Assembly: GCA_041389045.1 (NCBI GenBank) | Contig: JAWKSQ010000001.1 | Coordinates: 203,063 to 267,062 of the forward strand | Length of the DNA: 64,000 nucleotides | From: Minisyncoccota bacterium | GTDB lineage: Bacteria > Patescibacteriota > Minisyncoccia > Phycocordibacterales > UBA918 | Direction: 5' to 3' | Shown here: positions 1 to 9,187 of the stretch, piece after piece | How positions within the stretch are numbered: the first letter of the stretch is position 1 | How the letters are laid out: every line of letters starts with the position of its first letter | Notes under the pieces: model-generated | What the model saw: the letters and a program-made list of their open reading frames with translations, nothing else | The model's database searches: none | Told to the model about the DNA's origin: nothing | Translations under genes and position numbers: made by a program

Positions 1-408
1 CAGCACTCACAAGTACCTCCATTTTGCCACACCATGTTCCAGTTTCAGGTTGCTAATGGCAAATTAAATCTTAGTTTGTATCAAAGATCAGGAGACGTTT
101 TTCTAGGTGTACCATTCAATATTGCGAGTTACGCTCTATTGCTACAAATGGTAGCTCAGGCGGTAGGGATTCCTGCAGGCGAATTTGTCCATAGTTTTGG
201 TGATGTACACATCTATTCAAACCATTTGGATCAAGTTAAAGAGCAACTTACTCGCGAACCGTTCAAATTTCCAACCGTAAAATTAAATCCTGATATTAAA
301 AATATTGATGATTTTAAACTCGAAGATATTGAGCTATTAAACTATGAATCACATCCGTCACTTAAAGCTCCGATTGCAAATATTGGTGGCTTTATAAATA
401 AGAAATAG
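1..408 (+). CDS. thyA: thymidylate synthase, C-terminal part (5' end lies outside the window)
   Basis: Frame 1 is open from base 1. The translation ..[42 protein letters not shown].. matches the ThyA catalytic core. Confidence 0.9.
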   Translation, partial: QHSQVPPFCHTMFQFQVANGKLNLSLYQRSGDVFLGVPFNIASYALLLQMVAQAVGIPAGEFVHSFGDVHIYSNHLDQVKEQLTREPFKFPTVKLNPDIKNIDDFKLEDIELLNYESHPSLKAPIANIGGFINKK

Positions 409-530
409 TGTAGTTGTACAGCTTGAATCTAATAAAACCCCTTCCTTGTAAAGTCAGGGATTTTATGGTGTTATGTGGGCTGGATTCTTTCACAACCAGC
501 GACTGCGGATCACTGTCTTAGGAGGACGAC

Positions 531-1223
531 ATGAACTTCAGAAACATCTTCGGGCAAATCTTGCTTGCGATTTTGGTTTGTTTTAGCTCGGTCTCGTTTG
601 GGTCCACTGAAATAAGCAGGGGGATTTTGGCTAGTGATGGTGTCACCTACTACGTTTGCAGTAACCCGCCGTGTAAATTTCTCATGGAGGGAGAAACAAA
701 AAATATTGCTGAAGTTTGCACTAGTGCCAGTTCTTGGTTCATGTCGACTCGTTCATGTTCTTCACAAGAGACTGTGACCGGCCTTAAGAACAGTCTCGTC
801 CAAGTGGCTCCAGGTCAGCAGGGGGTGGTAAAGGACCCGGAGCTACATTTGGGTCGGATAATGATCGCTGTCGGTATGGTCTTGGCAGTAGTAATCATGT
901 CAGGAATCTACTCTAACAGAGGGAAGTACGTTAAGGATGTTTCAGGTATATTTGGGGCCCTGAGTGTGTTGTTGTTTTTTGTGAATATGGGTGCTGTCGT
1001 TTTGGTGCTCTTTAGCGACGATGATTTTCGGTTTAGGGTAATACCAAGTGTCGGTTTCTGTGCAATGGTTATTTGCACAATACTCATTCCTGTATGGCTA
1101 TACAACCTACAAGATACTTTCCCTAGCCCTTTTATCAGAATAGTTCCTGATTGGCTGAAGGAGTTTTTTGTTTTCGGGTGCATCTACTCCATTTTGGCTG
1201 CAGTAATGTTCTATTTTGCCTAG
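531..1223 (+). CDS. hypothetical membrane protein (N-terminal signal/TM plus several C-terminal TM segments)
   Basis: 230-aa ORF with AGGAGG about 6 nt upstream of the ATG. The N-terminus and C-terminal half are hydrophobic. I recognise no family. Confidence 0.6.
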   Translation: MNFRNIFGQILLAILVCFSSVSFGSTEISRGILASDGVTYYVCSNPPCKFLMEGETKNIAEVCTSASSWFMSTRSCSSQETVTGLKNSLVQVAPGQQGVVKDPELHLGRIMIAVGMVLAVVIMSGIYSNRGKYVKDVSGIFGALSVLLFFVNMGAVVLVLFSDDDFRFRVIPSVGFCAMVICTILIPVWLYNLQDTFPSPFIRIVPDWLKEFFVFGCIYSILAAVMFYFA

Positions 1224-1277
1224 TAGGCAAAGTTTGCTGGGTAGCAAAGGAGATGGGTGGACAAAAGAAGGGTTAGA

Positions 1278-1309
1278 AAGGGCCGGAACGCGACAGCGTT
1301 CCGGCCCTT
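1278..1309 (+). terminator. stem-loop downstream of the 531-1223 gene
   Basis: aagggccggaacgc / gcgttccggccctt forms a 14-bp stem with a 4-nt loop. Confidence 0.55.
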
Positions 1310-1448
1310 GTTACGTATTTAAGTTTGGTCGTTTTCACTTTTAAGCTACCGTGCTAAAATAAATTATTAAATTTCAACTACCATGATCTAGCGCATCCTC
1401 GTTCAACTGCAGAAAGTCAATTATTTAACTTAATTTTTTCCTATAAAC

Positions 1449-2717
1449 ATGAACGAGTATCAACACATCAAAGATCAAGATCCAGAACTGTATGCCACTT
1501 TAGTTGGAGAAGAGGAGCGAGAGAAAAGAGGGGTGGAGCTGATTCCGAGTGAGAACTATGTCTCGAAGGCGGTGCGAGAAGCCAATGGTTCAGTCTTTAC
1601 CAACAAGTATTCGGAAGGCTATCCCGGACGTCGCTACTACGGCGGGCAAGAATTTACTGACCTAATGGAAAGCATCACTATTGAACGAGCCAAAAAATTA
1701 TTCAAGGCCAAGTTCGCCAATGTCCAACCACTCGGCGGAGCGGCTGCCAACGTTGCGATGTACTTTGCACTGATGGAGCCAGGCGACACGGTACTCGGAA
1801 TGGACCTTTCTCACGGTGGTCATCTAACTCATGGTCACCCTACGACTTCAGTCAATAAAGTCTTTAACTTCGTCCGCTACAAAATGAAGGATGTCGATAC
1901 TGGTGAAATCGATTATGACGAACTAAGAGCTGTGGCCCTTAAAGAAAAACCAAAGATTATTCTCGCTGGCTTTTCTGCTTATAGTCGCGAGTTAGACTAT
2001 AAGAAATTTGTCGAGATTGCTAAAGAAGTTGGGGCGTACACGGTAGCTGACATGGCGCACATTGCCGGACTGATAGCGGGCGAGGTAGCTAAGAATCCTT
2101 TTGATGCTGGCTTTGACGTTATTACTACTACCACTCACAAGACACTTCGTGGTCCACGTGGAGGGATGATACTAGTTAGAGAAGACGAAGAGATTGCTAA
2201 GCGTATCAACAAGGCCGTCTTCCCGGGGATGCAGGGTGGTCCACACATGCACATCATTGCCGCTAAGGGTGTAGCTTTCGGAGAGGCACTCACTCCGGCT
2301 TTTAAAGTTTATGCTGGGCAAATTCTGAAGAATGCCAAGGCGATGGAGGCTGTCTTTAAGAAAGAAGGAGTGCGACTACTTTGTGGTGGTACAGACAATC
2401 ATCTTCTGCTCGCTGACGTTTATTCGTCACTAGGTGTGACTGGGCAGGAGGCTGAGACAGTGCTCGACGAAGTCGGAATCACTTTGAACAAAAATATGAT
2501 TGCGGATGAAACGAGAACCGCTATGGATCCGTCGGGTATTCGCTTCGGTACCCCGGCCATGACGACCAGGGGAATGAAAGAATTAGAGGCAGGGAAGTTG
2601 GCAGAAATAATGATTGAGACCATGAAAGCCAAAGATAATGCCAGTAAGAAGGCGGAGCTACAAAAGGAAGTACAGACTCTCTGCGAAGCTTTCCCAGTAC
2701 CAGAAAAGTTTGTTTAG
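1449..2717 (+). CDS. glyA: serine hydroxymethyltransferase
   Basis: 422 aa with ELIPSENYVS, SEGYPGRRYYGG and the TTTTHKTLRGPRGG PLP-lysine motif. Confidence 0.95.
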   Translation: MNEYQHIKDQDPELYATLVGEEEREKRGVELIPSENYVSKAVREANGSVFTNKYSEGYPGRRYYGGQEFTDLMESITIERAKKLFKAKFANVQPLGGAAANVAMYFALMEPGDTVLGMDLSHGGHLTHGHPTTSVNKVFNFVRYKMKDVDTGEIDYDELRAVALKEKPKIILAGFSAYSRELDYKKFVEIAKEVGAYTVADMAHIAGLIAGEVAKNPFDAGFDVITTTTHKTLRGPRGGMILVREDEEIAKRINKAVFPGMQGGPHMHIIAAKGVAFGEALTPAFKVYAGQILKNAKAMEAVFKKEGVRLLCGGTDNHLLLADVYSSLGVTGQEAETVLDEVGITLNKNMIADETRTAMDPSGIRFGTPAMTTRGMKELEAGKLAEIMIETMKAKDNASKKAELQKEVQTLCEAFPVPEKFV

Positions 2718-2733
2718 GAATAAGAAAATATTG

Positions 2734-2772
2734 ACAACGCCCCAACTATTGCCAAAATAGTTGGGGCGTTGT
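2734..2772 (+). terminator. 17-bp stem-loop after glyA; may also mark the left end of the IS200-like remnant
   Basis: acaacgccccaactatt / aatagttggggcgttgt, followed by a T-rich stretch. Confidence 0.6.
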
Positions 2773-3460
2773 ATATTTGGCTAGTTATCGTTGTCCTTCT
2801 CCTCCGTGCCAATGCGCATCTACATGCGCACCCCACTGGCATGTTTACCCCTGATCGCAAGATCAGGGGTCTTTTATCCCTAAAAACCTCCGGCTTCAGC
2901 CGAAGTGTTGAAAAGACAAAGCGGGCGGATACTTTAGTAATAACTAAATACGTATGCGCAAACGTACCATTTAAAACACTAGCACATTGTTACTACGAGA
3001 TGAAATACCATCTCGTCTGGACTCCAAAATACCGAGGCAGGTACTAGACCACAAAGGTTAAAGATGAATTGAGACGTACTTTTGAATCAATCACTAAATA
3101 CAGACACTGGAAATAATCGAACTAAACATCCAAGATGATCATATCCACTTAATACTGGTGCTTCTCCGGGGATTCAGTCTGTACCTGATGCAAATAATTA
3201 AAGGTAAAGCAGCTTGGATGAAGAAAATAAAACGTGCTATGGTCTCTATGAAAGAATCACCTGGGCCAGAGGATGTCTCTACGATCGGTCTATGAAATGA
3301 TTATCCGTCGGTACGTGGCATCAAGATCATCATAACTGTTGATCAACCATCACTATTTAACAAACTAATCTCCTAGCAACTACAGTTCAGCCGGTTTAGC
3401 TGCAGATGGTTCATCCGACTAGATGAACCAAAAATCGGACCTAAGTCCGGTGGTTTTTAC
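2770..3460 (+). mobile_element. degraded IS200/IS605-family element (Y1 transposase remnant with subterminal hairpins)
   Basis: Contains the tnpA remnant listed below. Short hairpins lie on both sides: ccctgatcgcaagatcaggg about 2850, ggttcatc/gatgaacc about 3407-3432, cggacctaagtccg about 3436-3450. The element boundaries are not defined. Confidence 0.5.
3000..3335 (+). pseudogene. tnpA: IS200-like tnpA (Y1 transposase) pseudogene
   Basis: MKYHLVWTPKYRGR, ..EIIELNIQDDHIHLIL.. and ..IKGKAAW..VSTIGL..EMIIRRYV are recoverable only by combining frames. There is an in-frame TAG at 3045 and at least 2 frameshifts. Confidence 0.65.
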
Positions 3461-3489
3461 TTATTTGACACTCAAATGAGTACATAGGG

Positions 3490-4536
3490 ATGTTTCAAGT
3501 AAAAGAAAGTTCGGGTTTCAAGTTCATTTCGCACCACTGGTTGACGATTGCTTTTGTGCTTGGTTTTATTACGGACTTTATTTTGCTAGATCGAGTTGAT
3601 GACAAGATAGATAACGCCATACTATTTTTTTATGTAGTATTAGCAACTTTGTCTATCATTCTTTTTTACCTAGGTGTAGCCGACCGGCTGGGTGAGAGGC
3701 TGTCAGGATTTCTGGTTAAATACGCCACTATTGCCATGCAGTATGCTTTTGGTGGACTTTTGTCCGGGATGCTTATCTTCTATGGTCGTAGTGGCGACTT
3801 CAGCACCAGTGCCCCTTTTTTGCTAATTATAATGGGCACGATTTTGGTTAATGAACTCCTGACCAAGCGTTCCAACCGCTTACTTTATAACGTCTCAGTT
3901 TATTTTATTGGTCTTTTTTCCTACTGCGTGCTGATTGTACCGGTTTGGCTCGGTGATATGGGAGATATTATCTTTGTTGGTAGTGGTCTTTTAGCTCTGC
4001 TCATAACCTTCATACTAATCAAACTTTTAGGAAAGATAATCCCAAACTTTCTGACCCTACAGATGCGGTGGTTGGTATTTATTATTGGTAGTATCTACGG
4101 GGTCTTTAACTTTATGTACTTCCTCAACATTATTCCGCCTATACCATTGTCACTGACAGAACTAAGTATTTATCAAGGAGTCGAAAAAACTGATAATGGT
4201 AATTATCGGATTAATAAAGAAGACAAGGCTTGGTATCAAGAGATGTTTTCTTTGACGACCACTTTTACACCAAAAGCAGGTGATGGAGCTTACTGTTTTG
4301 CTAGGGTTTACGCTCCCACCGATCTAAAGACGAAGGTAACGCACGTGTGGGAATATCAAGATGGTAACGGTGATTGGCAAGAACATTTTCGGTACGACTA
4401 TTCTGTGTCCGGTGAAAACAAGAATGGGTATCGAGGCTATACTGTAGTGAAAAGCCTGAGCGCCGGTAAATGGCGTTGTACGGTAGAAAACTCTAGGGGA
4501 CAGGTCTTAGGTCACCGAACTTTACCGTCGATTTGA
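3490..4536 (+). CDS. membrane protein with a soluble C-terminal beta-rich domain (possibly DUF2914-like)
   Basis: 348 aa with about 7 hydrophobic segments, then ..YCFARVYAPTDLKTKVTHVWEYQDGNGDWQ..GKWRCTVENSRGQVLG. The family call is from memory only. Confidence 0.6.
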   Translation: MFQVKESSGFKFISHHWLTIAFVLGFITDFILLDRVDDKIDNAILFFYVVLATLSIILFYLGVADRLGERLSGFLVKYATIAMQYAFGGLLSGMLIFYGRSGDFSTSAPFLLIIMGTILVNELLTKRSNRLLYNVSVYFIGLFSYCVLIVPVWLGDMGDIIFVGSGLLALLITFILIKLLGKIIPNFLTLQMRWLVFIIGSIYGVFNFMYFLNIIPPIPLSLTELSIYQGVEKTDNGNYRINKEDKAWYQEMFSLTTTFTPKAGDGAYCFARVYAPTDLKTKVTHVWEYQDGNGDWQEHFRYDYSVSGENKNGYRGYTVVKSLSAGKWRCTVENSRGQVLGHRTLPSI

Positions 4537-4593
4537 GTAGTAAAGTACCTGACCTAGTGACAGTCATTGAATAATTGAGTATTGTACGAGTAC

Positions 4594-6278
4594 ATGAAAG
4601 AAGTTATTGAACAAGCGATTAAAGAGATTTGTCAGGAACTCCGTTTACCAGCGGTGGCTTTTGTCGTCGAGCACCCGGCCGAGACTTCCCATGGTGACTA
4701 CGCTTGTAACATAGCCTTGGTGCTTAGTAAGCAGGTCGGAAAGCGCCACGAGCAGTGGCGGAAGAACTGCTTGTGGCGCTTGATGGTCAAATCGAATATG
4801 TTGATCGCTTAGAAATAGCTGGTCCTGGCTTCATTAACTTCTATTTAGCTCAAGAATTTTTTGTGAGTGAACTGGTCCGTATCCATGAACTTGGTGATAG
4901 TTGGGGGAAGAATAGTGACTTAGTAGGGAAGAAGGTGCTAGTAGAATACACCGACCCCAATCCGTTTAAAGAGTTTCATATCGGGCATCTTTTCACCAAC
5001 GCCGTCGGTGAAAGTATCGCTCGACTATTTATGATGCAGGGAGCTGATACTAAGCGTATCAATTACCAAGGTGATGTAGGTTTGCATGTGGCGCACGCTG
5101 TGTGGGGAATGCAGAAACTAGGTATTTCCCGGGTAGTGACTTTTCGGCGCGTGAACTCGGCAAAGCCTATGCTCTCGGCGCCACAGCCTACAAAAATGAA
5201 GAGGAGAGGCCGTCGCTGAGATTAAGTCCATCAATAAAAAAATCTACGAACGTAGTGACGACAGTGTGAATGCGCTTTATGATGCTGGTCGAAAGGTTTC
5301 GCTAGAATATTTTGCGACAGTTTATAAAGTGTTAGGGACGGAGTTTTCTGATTACTTTTTTGAAAGTGAGACTGGTCCGCTGGGTAAAAAGTTGGTCTTA
5401 GAAAATCCAGAAATATTCCCTTTAAGTGATGGAGCCAATGTTTTTAAGGGGGAAGAGTACGGTCTGCATACTAGAGTATTTTTGAATAAAGAAGGTTTAC
5501 CGACCTACGAAGCGAAAGAATTAGCTTTGGCTAAACTAAAAGAAGACAGACTTGGCACTTATGATTTGTCGGTTATTTCTACTGCTAGTGAAGTTAATGA
5601 ATATTTTAAAGTGCTCCTTAAAGCTCTTAGTTTTATTTACCCAGAACTATCGGCTAAGACTGAACATATCGGGCATGGCATGGTCAGACTAACGACCGGT
5701 AAGATGTCATCACGAACTGGTGATGTGATACCGGCTCTGGATTTTATTGATGAAGTGGCCGAGTCAGCCACTAAAAAATGGCCGACAGCGGACATACTGA
5801 GCCTGACACTGATTTAGCTTGGGAGGTGGCGATTGCGGCTATCAAGTACACCACGCTTCGTGGCAATATCACCCAGAATTCTATTTTTGATAAAGACAAG
5901 GCTTTGTCGTTTGAGGGCGACTCTGGTCCGTACTTGCAGTATACCCATGCGCGTATTTGTAGTGTGCTCGAGAAGGCTAAGCTCTCTGGACTAAGTGCTG
6001 ATGTGGATTTGGCGCCAGAGAAACCATACGCTGTCGAGCATCTTATCTATATTTTCCCGGAAGTAGTGAAAGAGGCGTTTTTAGAAAGAGCGCCACACAA
6101 AGTGACTGGCTTTTTGACGGAGCTCGCTAGTGCTTTTAACTCATTTTACGCCGAAGAAAAAATCGCCGATGATACTGATACTTATGCTCCATATAAGATT
6201 GCTGTGACAGAAGCAGTAAGGCAAACAATCAAAAATGGTCTTTGGATATTAGCTATCAAAGCCCCAGAGCGGATGTAA
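4594..6278 (+). CDS. argS: arginine--tRNA ligase, split into 4 ORFs by four single-base deletions
   Basis: All four ORF-track pieces (4582-4812, 4755-5219, 5266-5817, 5778-6278) read as consecutive ArgRS segments (..EYTDPNPFKEFHIGHL.., ..KMSSRTGDV.., ..LQYTHARICS..). Frame changes sit near 4748 (aaa), 5126-5128 (ccc), about 5203 (gagagg) and 5771-5776 (a6). Confidence 0.9.
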
Positions 6279-6313
6279 TGTTTAAGCCCCGCTAGTCTTG
6301 CGACTAGCGGGGC
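6272..6313 (+). repeat. copy A of a 42-nt direct repeat: last codons of argS plus a terminator hairpin
   Basis: gatgtaatgtttaaGCCCCGCTAGTCttgcGACTAGCGGGGC. Apart from one loop base it is identical to 6740-6781. The 12-bp stem can act as a bidirectional terminator. Confidence 0.85.
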
Positions 6314-6319
6314 GGAGCC

Positions 6320-6661
6320 TTATCTTTCGGCGAGGAGCCGAAGTGTAGTGGTTGCTGTGGCTTTGGTCCTTCCATTGTCCCACTCCACTATTGCGTTGAA
6401 CTTAGTGTGGCCAGCATGATCAGGTAGAGGGGATATATAGATGACTACACCGGTGTCTTTTTCGATCATGCTTTGAACTCTTTTTCCTAACCACTCCATT
6501 TGTAGTGACTTGATCTGCTCTGCTCGTGTAGCAACTGTAGATTTGTGTCTGTTGAGCCACTCAATCATTGTGAAGCAACTATTCCGAGTTGGTGGTGGAA
6601 TCAGTCCCAATTCCTGGAGGGTAGTGATTTGTCTGGCCGTGGGTTCTGTAATCTTTGGCAT
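6320..6661 (-). CDS. hypothetical protein (ORFan)
   Basis: 113-aa ORF with AAGGAG upstream. It has its own promoter module (6698-6726) and terminator module (6286-6313). Confidence 0.6.
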   Translation of the reverse strand: MPKITEPTARQITTLQELGLIPPPTRNSCFTMIEWLNRHKSTVATRAEQIKSLQMEWLGKRVQSMIEKDTGVVIYISPLPDHAGHTKFNAIVEWDNGRTKATATTTLRLLAER

Positions 6662-6697
6662 TGTTTAGATCTCCTTTGATAAACTTGTCCGGTGAAA

Positions 6698-6726
6698 AAG
6701 ATACGTCAGTAATTGTTAGATGTAAA
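6698..6726 (-). promoter_or_regulatory. sigma70-like promoter, copy 1 of a duplicated promoter/5'UTR module
   Basis: The minus strand reads TTTACA, then 17 nt, then TATCTT. About 60 nt (6680-6738) is about 75% identical to 7340-7400. Confidence 0.6.
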
Positions 6727-6739
6727 GCGGTGAAGAATT

Positions 6740-6781
6740 GATGTAATGTTTAAGCCCCGCTAGTCTTTCGACTAGCGGGGC
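6740..6781 (+). repeat. copy B of the 42-nt direct repeat (terminator hairpin)
   Basis: gatgtaatgtttaaGCCCCGCTAGTCtttcGACTAGCGGGGC lies immediately 3' of the minus-strand gene 6807-7313. Confidence 0.85.
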
Positions 6782-6806
6782 TTTTCGTATGGTTCGGCCT
6801 CCGAGC

Positions 6807-7313
6807 TCATGTATTTTCGGCACCGTACTTGACTACCACCTCGGCCATTTTCCAATCAGGTATATCTGGTAACAAAGGTTGCCTTTTTCTGGCTCTTAAA
6901 CAACGTAACTCTACTCGACCTTCGATAATTACAAAGTCTGCATAAGGGAATAACAAAGTCTGTTCTTCCGACGGTAATTTAGCGTAGGCAATGAAAATCT
7001 TTGCCACTTCTCGTGAGAATACCGGGTAATCTTTTGGTAGACAGTGTATACGAAATGTGACAATGTTTTTCAATACTAGCTCCGGTAGTTCACCAGATGC
7101 GGTAGTTAAGGGTCTAGTGTCACCCACATTTTCCATCCCCGAGAATGCAAGTCTACACAGATCCGCCAATCCATCCTCAATCCGTTTCAGAACCTCAAGC
7201 TTCAATTCCTTATTAACAAATAAAGGATATAGAAAAAAGTGAAATGGAAACCTTTTCTTCAGAGCTCTCAAGTTGACCTTCTGCAAAGTTTTTGAAATAA
7301 CGAATTTGCTCAT
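6807..7313 (-). CDS. hypothetical protein (ORFan)
   Basis: 168-aa ORF with GGAGG upstream. It is flanked by the same promoter and terminator modules as 6320-6661. Confidence 0.6.
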   Translation of the reverse strand: MSKFVISKTLQKVNLRALKKRFPFHFFLYPLFVNKELKLEVLKRIEDGLADLCRLAFSGMENVGDTRPLTTASGELPELVLKNIVTFRIHCLPKDYPVFSREVAKIFIAYAKLPSEEQTLLFPYADFVIIEGRVELRCLRARKRQPLLPDIPDWKMAEVVVKYGAENT

Positions 7314-7356
7314 GGTCGCCTCCTGTCAGTGTTGATGAGCGTAACTTACCTAGCGA

Positions 7357-7385
7357 AAAGATACGCCAGTAATGGTTAGCTGTAA
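7357..7385 (-). promoter_or_regulatory. sigma70-like promoter, copy 2 of the duplicated module
   Basis: The minus strand reads TTTACA, then 17 nt, then TATCTT. Confidence 0.6.
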
Positions 7386-7403
7386 AGTAGGTACAGATTG
7401 TCG

Positions 7404-7432
7404 CTAGACAAAGTCTAATTCTTGTATTATAG
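7404..7432 (+). promoter_or_regulatory. candidate divergent promoter for 7471-7803
   Basis: TAGACA, then 17 nt, then TATAGT, sitting back-to-back with the 7357-7385 promoter. Confidence 0.45.
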
Positions 7433-7470
7433 TCCAATTAGAACCCGATGTCCGGGAGAAAGGAGACTGT

Positions 7471-7803
7471 ATGAAAGTACGTGACGATACCCGGAAGTTT
7501 TTGGTTGTTTGTCTGGCATACCATTGCCTAAATCAGGTAAACAAACAAATGCCAAGAGTTTTGTCTTGTGAAGCAGGTTCAGTTCAAGATGTACTGCGAC
7601 AGTGTCTGGATGAAGTTTTCTTCAAAGATGACGGAGTTCCGTCGCCTAGCGAATTTCGCTTTGGTTGGGAAGACAGTCCTCACATGAAACCACCGAGTGC
7701 CGGTACTGAAAGGTACGTGTGGTACGGTAACGACCCTCAGGTTTTCCAGGATTTTGTTGAGAGACATATTCAACCGTACTTTGCAGAAGAAGTGATTCGT
7801 TGA
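7471..7803 (+). CDS. hypothetical protein, paralog of 8638-9009
   Basis: 110 aa with AGGAG upstream. The C-terminal blocks FRFGWEDSPHM..VWYGND..DFVERHIQPYFAEE align with FLFGFENHPHL..PWWGTE..EFIRQNLLPFFPAEQ in 8638-9009. Confidence 0.65.
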   Translation: MKVRDDTRKFLVVCLAYHCLNQVNKQMPRVLSCEAGSVQDVLRQCLDEVFFKDDGVPSPSEFRFGWEDSPHMKPPSAGTERYVWYGNDPQVFQDFVERHIQPYFAEEVIR

Positions 7804-7952
7804 AGGTTACTCCTTTCTGACAATTTTTTGCCGATTAAGAATTCGCTGCCTCCATTTGGATGGTGGCGGATTATTTTTTAAACTTGTAAAATTCAATTAT
7901 TTGGCATAGGATTCGTTCGAATCCCGATGGTCGGGGTTATAAGGAGATAGGC

Positions 7953-8201
7953 ATGAAGAAACTGGAAAAATACATTCCTTTTCGTAACGAAGTTGCCCAA
8001 GTGGCAGTCCTCAATATTTTGGCTTGCACCAAGAGCCCGTGTTCCTTGGTTGTTCTGAGGGAACGTATCGTTTTTCTTTGGCCCGATTACGATGAAACTG
8101 AATTGGTCAATGCGTTTTCAAAACTGGCCTGGCAGAAACTGTTGTCTACCAGTGGTGACTTGTCCAACCCACATGAGTTCTATCTTCACTTGACGACATG
8201 A
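7953..8201 (+). CDS. hypothetical protein (ORFan)
   Basis: 82-aa ORF with AAGGAG upstream and a rho-independent terminator directly downstream. Confidence 0.55.
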   Translation: MKKLEKYIPFRNEVAQVAVLNILACTKSPCSLVVLRERIVFLWPDYDETELVNAFSKLAWQKLLSTSGDLSNPHEFYLHLTT

Positions 8202-8233
8202 GCGCTGACCAGGTTCAGCTTTTCCTCATGATA

Positions 8234-8262
8234 CCGCCCACCTTTGGGCGGTTTTTTTTTTT
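8234..8262 (+). terminator. rho-independent terminator
   Basis: ccgccca / tgggcgg stem followed by 11 T. Confidence 0.8.
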
Positions 8263-8328
8263 GTCTCTCTAGATCAAGTTTTTCATTAAATCTAGTACAG
8301 AGCCAGCTCTAGAGCTAGCTCTGTATTT

Positions 8329-8526
8329 GTGGTAAATTTATATGATATGGGACTAACCAAAAAAGAAGAACGTAGTATACGAAAGCTTACTCGAACGGGT
8401 GGTGGTAAGAGTGTATCGGTAACATTACCAATAGATTTGATTCGGGAACTAAAGTGGCAAGATAAGCAAAAAGTAACTGTCATAAAGAAAGGAGAGCAAC
8501 TAATTATTAGTGATTGGAAAAAGTAA
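8329..8526 (+). CDS. AbrB/SpoVT (MazE-like) family DNA-binding protein
   Basis: ..RKLTRTGGGKSVSVTLPIDLIRELKWQDKQKVTVIKKGEQLIISDW fits the looped-hinge-helix pattern (G-S-x-x-V-T-L/I-P ... G-D/E-x-V). The start may be the ATG at 8347. A 28-nt imperfect palindrome lies upstream at 8298-8326. Confidence 0.6.
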   Translation: MVNLYDMGLTKKEERSIRKLTRTGGGKSVSVTLPIDLIRELKWQDKQKVTVIKKGEQLIISDWKK

Positions 8527-8637
8527 TATTTTAATATTGCTGGATCTTGCATAAAAACCAGGAAAGTATAAAGTGTGCTGTTAGTACTTCCAGTGGTCGG
8601 AGGTATGGGTCTGTTCCAAAACAAGGAGAATTAAACA

Positions 8638-9009
8638 ATGGGTAAAAGTCATAATAAACATCCACGCGTTTGCATGGTGTATCGTCCGGCTTACCATAAG
8701 TCGAATGGAGAGGGTCATGTTGTACTCTTTCGGGTTCGTTGTGAATGTATCAACACCGCCATCGAATGTTTCATGAAAGAGCTGCCGCCTGAACTGCACA
8801 TTCCCAAGTTGGCTGATTGGGGTGCCCAAGGCTCGGCGAGTTTCCTTTTTGGGTTTGAAAACCACCCTCATCTTCAAGATGTAAGGGCGAAGAATTTGCC
8901 GTGGGTTCCCTGGTGGGGTACCGAGCAAAATGGCCCCGTTGAAGAGTTCATTCGACAGAATCTTTTGCCGTTCTTTCCTGCCGAACAACAACAAGCGAAA
9001 GCTGCTTGA
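8638..9009 (+). CDS. hypothetical protein, paralog of 7471-7803
   Basis: 123 aa with AAGGAG upstream. It shares the C-terminal motifs described for 7471-7803. Confidence 0.65.
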   Translation: MGKSHNKHPRVCMVYRPAYHKSNGEGHVVLFRVRCECINTAIECFMKELPPELHIPKLADWGAQGSASFLFGFENHPHLQDVRAKNLPWVPWWGTEQNGPVEEFIRQNLLPFFPAEQQQAKAA

Positions 9010-9041
9010 TTCGGGTTCGGCCAGCTAGTCTGGCCGAAAAA

Positions 9042-9066
9042 CCGCCCTTTGCCAGGGCGGTTTTTC
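9042..9066 (+). terminator. rho-independent terminator
   Basis: ccgccct / agggcgg stem followed by a T-run. A second hairpin, cggccagctagtctggccg, lies just upstream. Confidence 0.75.
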
Positions 9067-9187
9067 TTATTTTCAAAGGTGGGATTTGTGGTATGCTGAA
9101 TATCCGTATCTGATATATACGGTCTTATTATGTCTGATAAACATACCCGAAGTTCATAATTTTTGGGCTTTGGAAATAAATATATTT

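Noticed and set aside
3045-3047. The in-frame TAG in the IS200-like tnpA as evidence for an alternative genetic code.
   Set aside because: TAG, TAA and TGA all terminate well-conserved genes at the expected positions elsewhere in the window (e.g. glyA TAG, argS TAA, the 3490-4536 gene TGA). The standard code 11 fits.
2769-3047. 92-aa ORF taken at face value as a protein-coding gene.
   Set aside because: Only its last ~16 codons resemble a protein (the TnpA N-terminus). The upstream part runs through terminator and IS-end hairpins and begins with a non-ATG codon.
4582-6278. argS as a genuine pseudogene; likewise ftsK at 26761-28987.
   Set aside because: Both are essential, every fragment keeps conserved sequence, and all breaks are 1-nt events at short homopolymers. 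Sequencing or assembly error is the simpler explanation, though it cannot be proven without reads.
9086-9187. N-terminal 34-codon extension of ileS in the ORF track.
   Set aside because: The extension is hydrophobic and non-homologous and starts at a non-ATG codon. Conserved IleRS sequence begins after the ATG at 9188.
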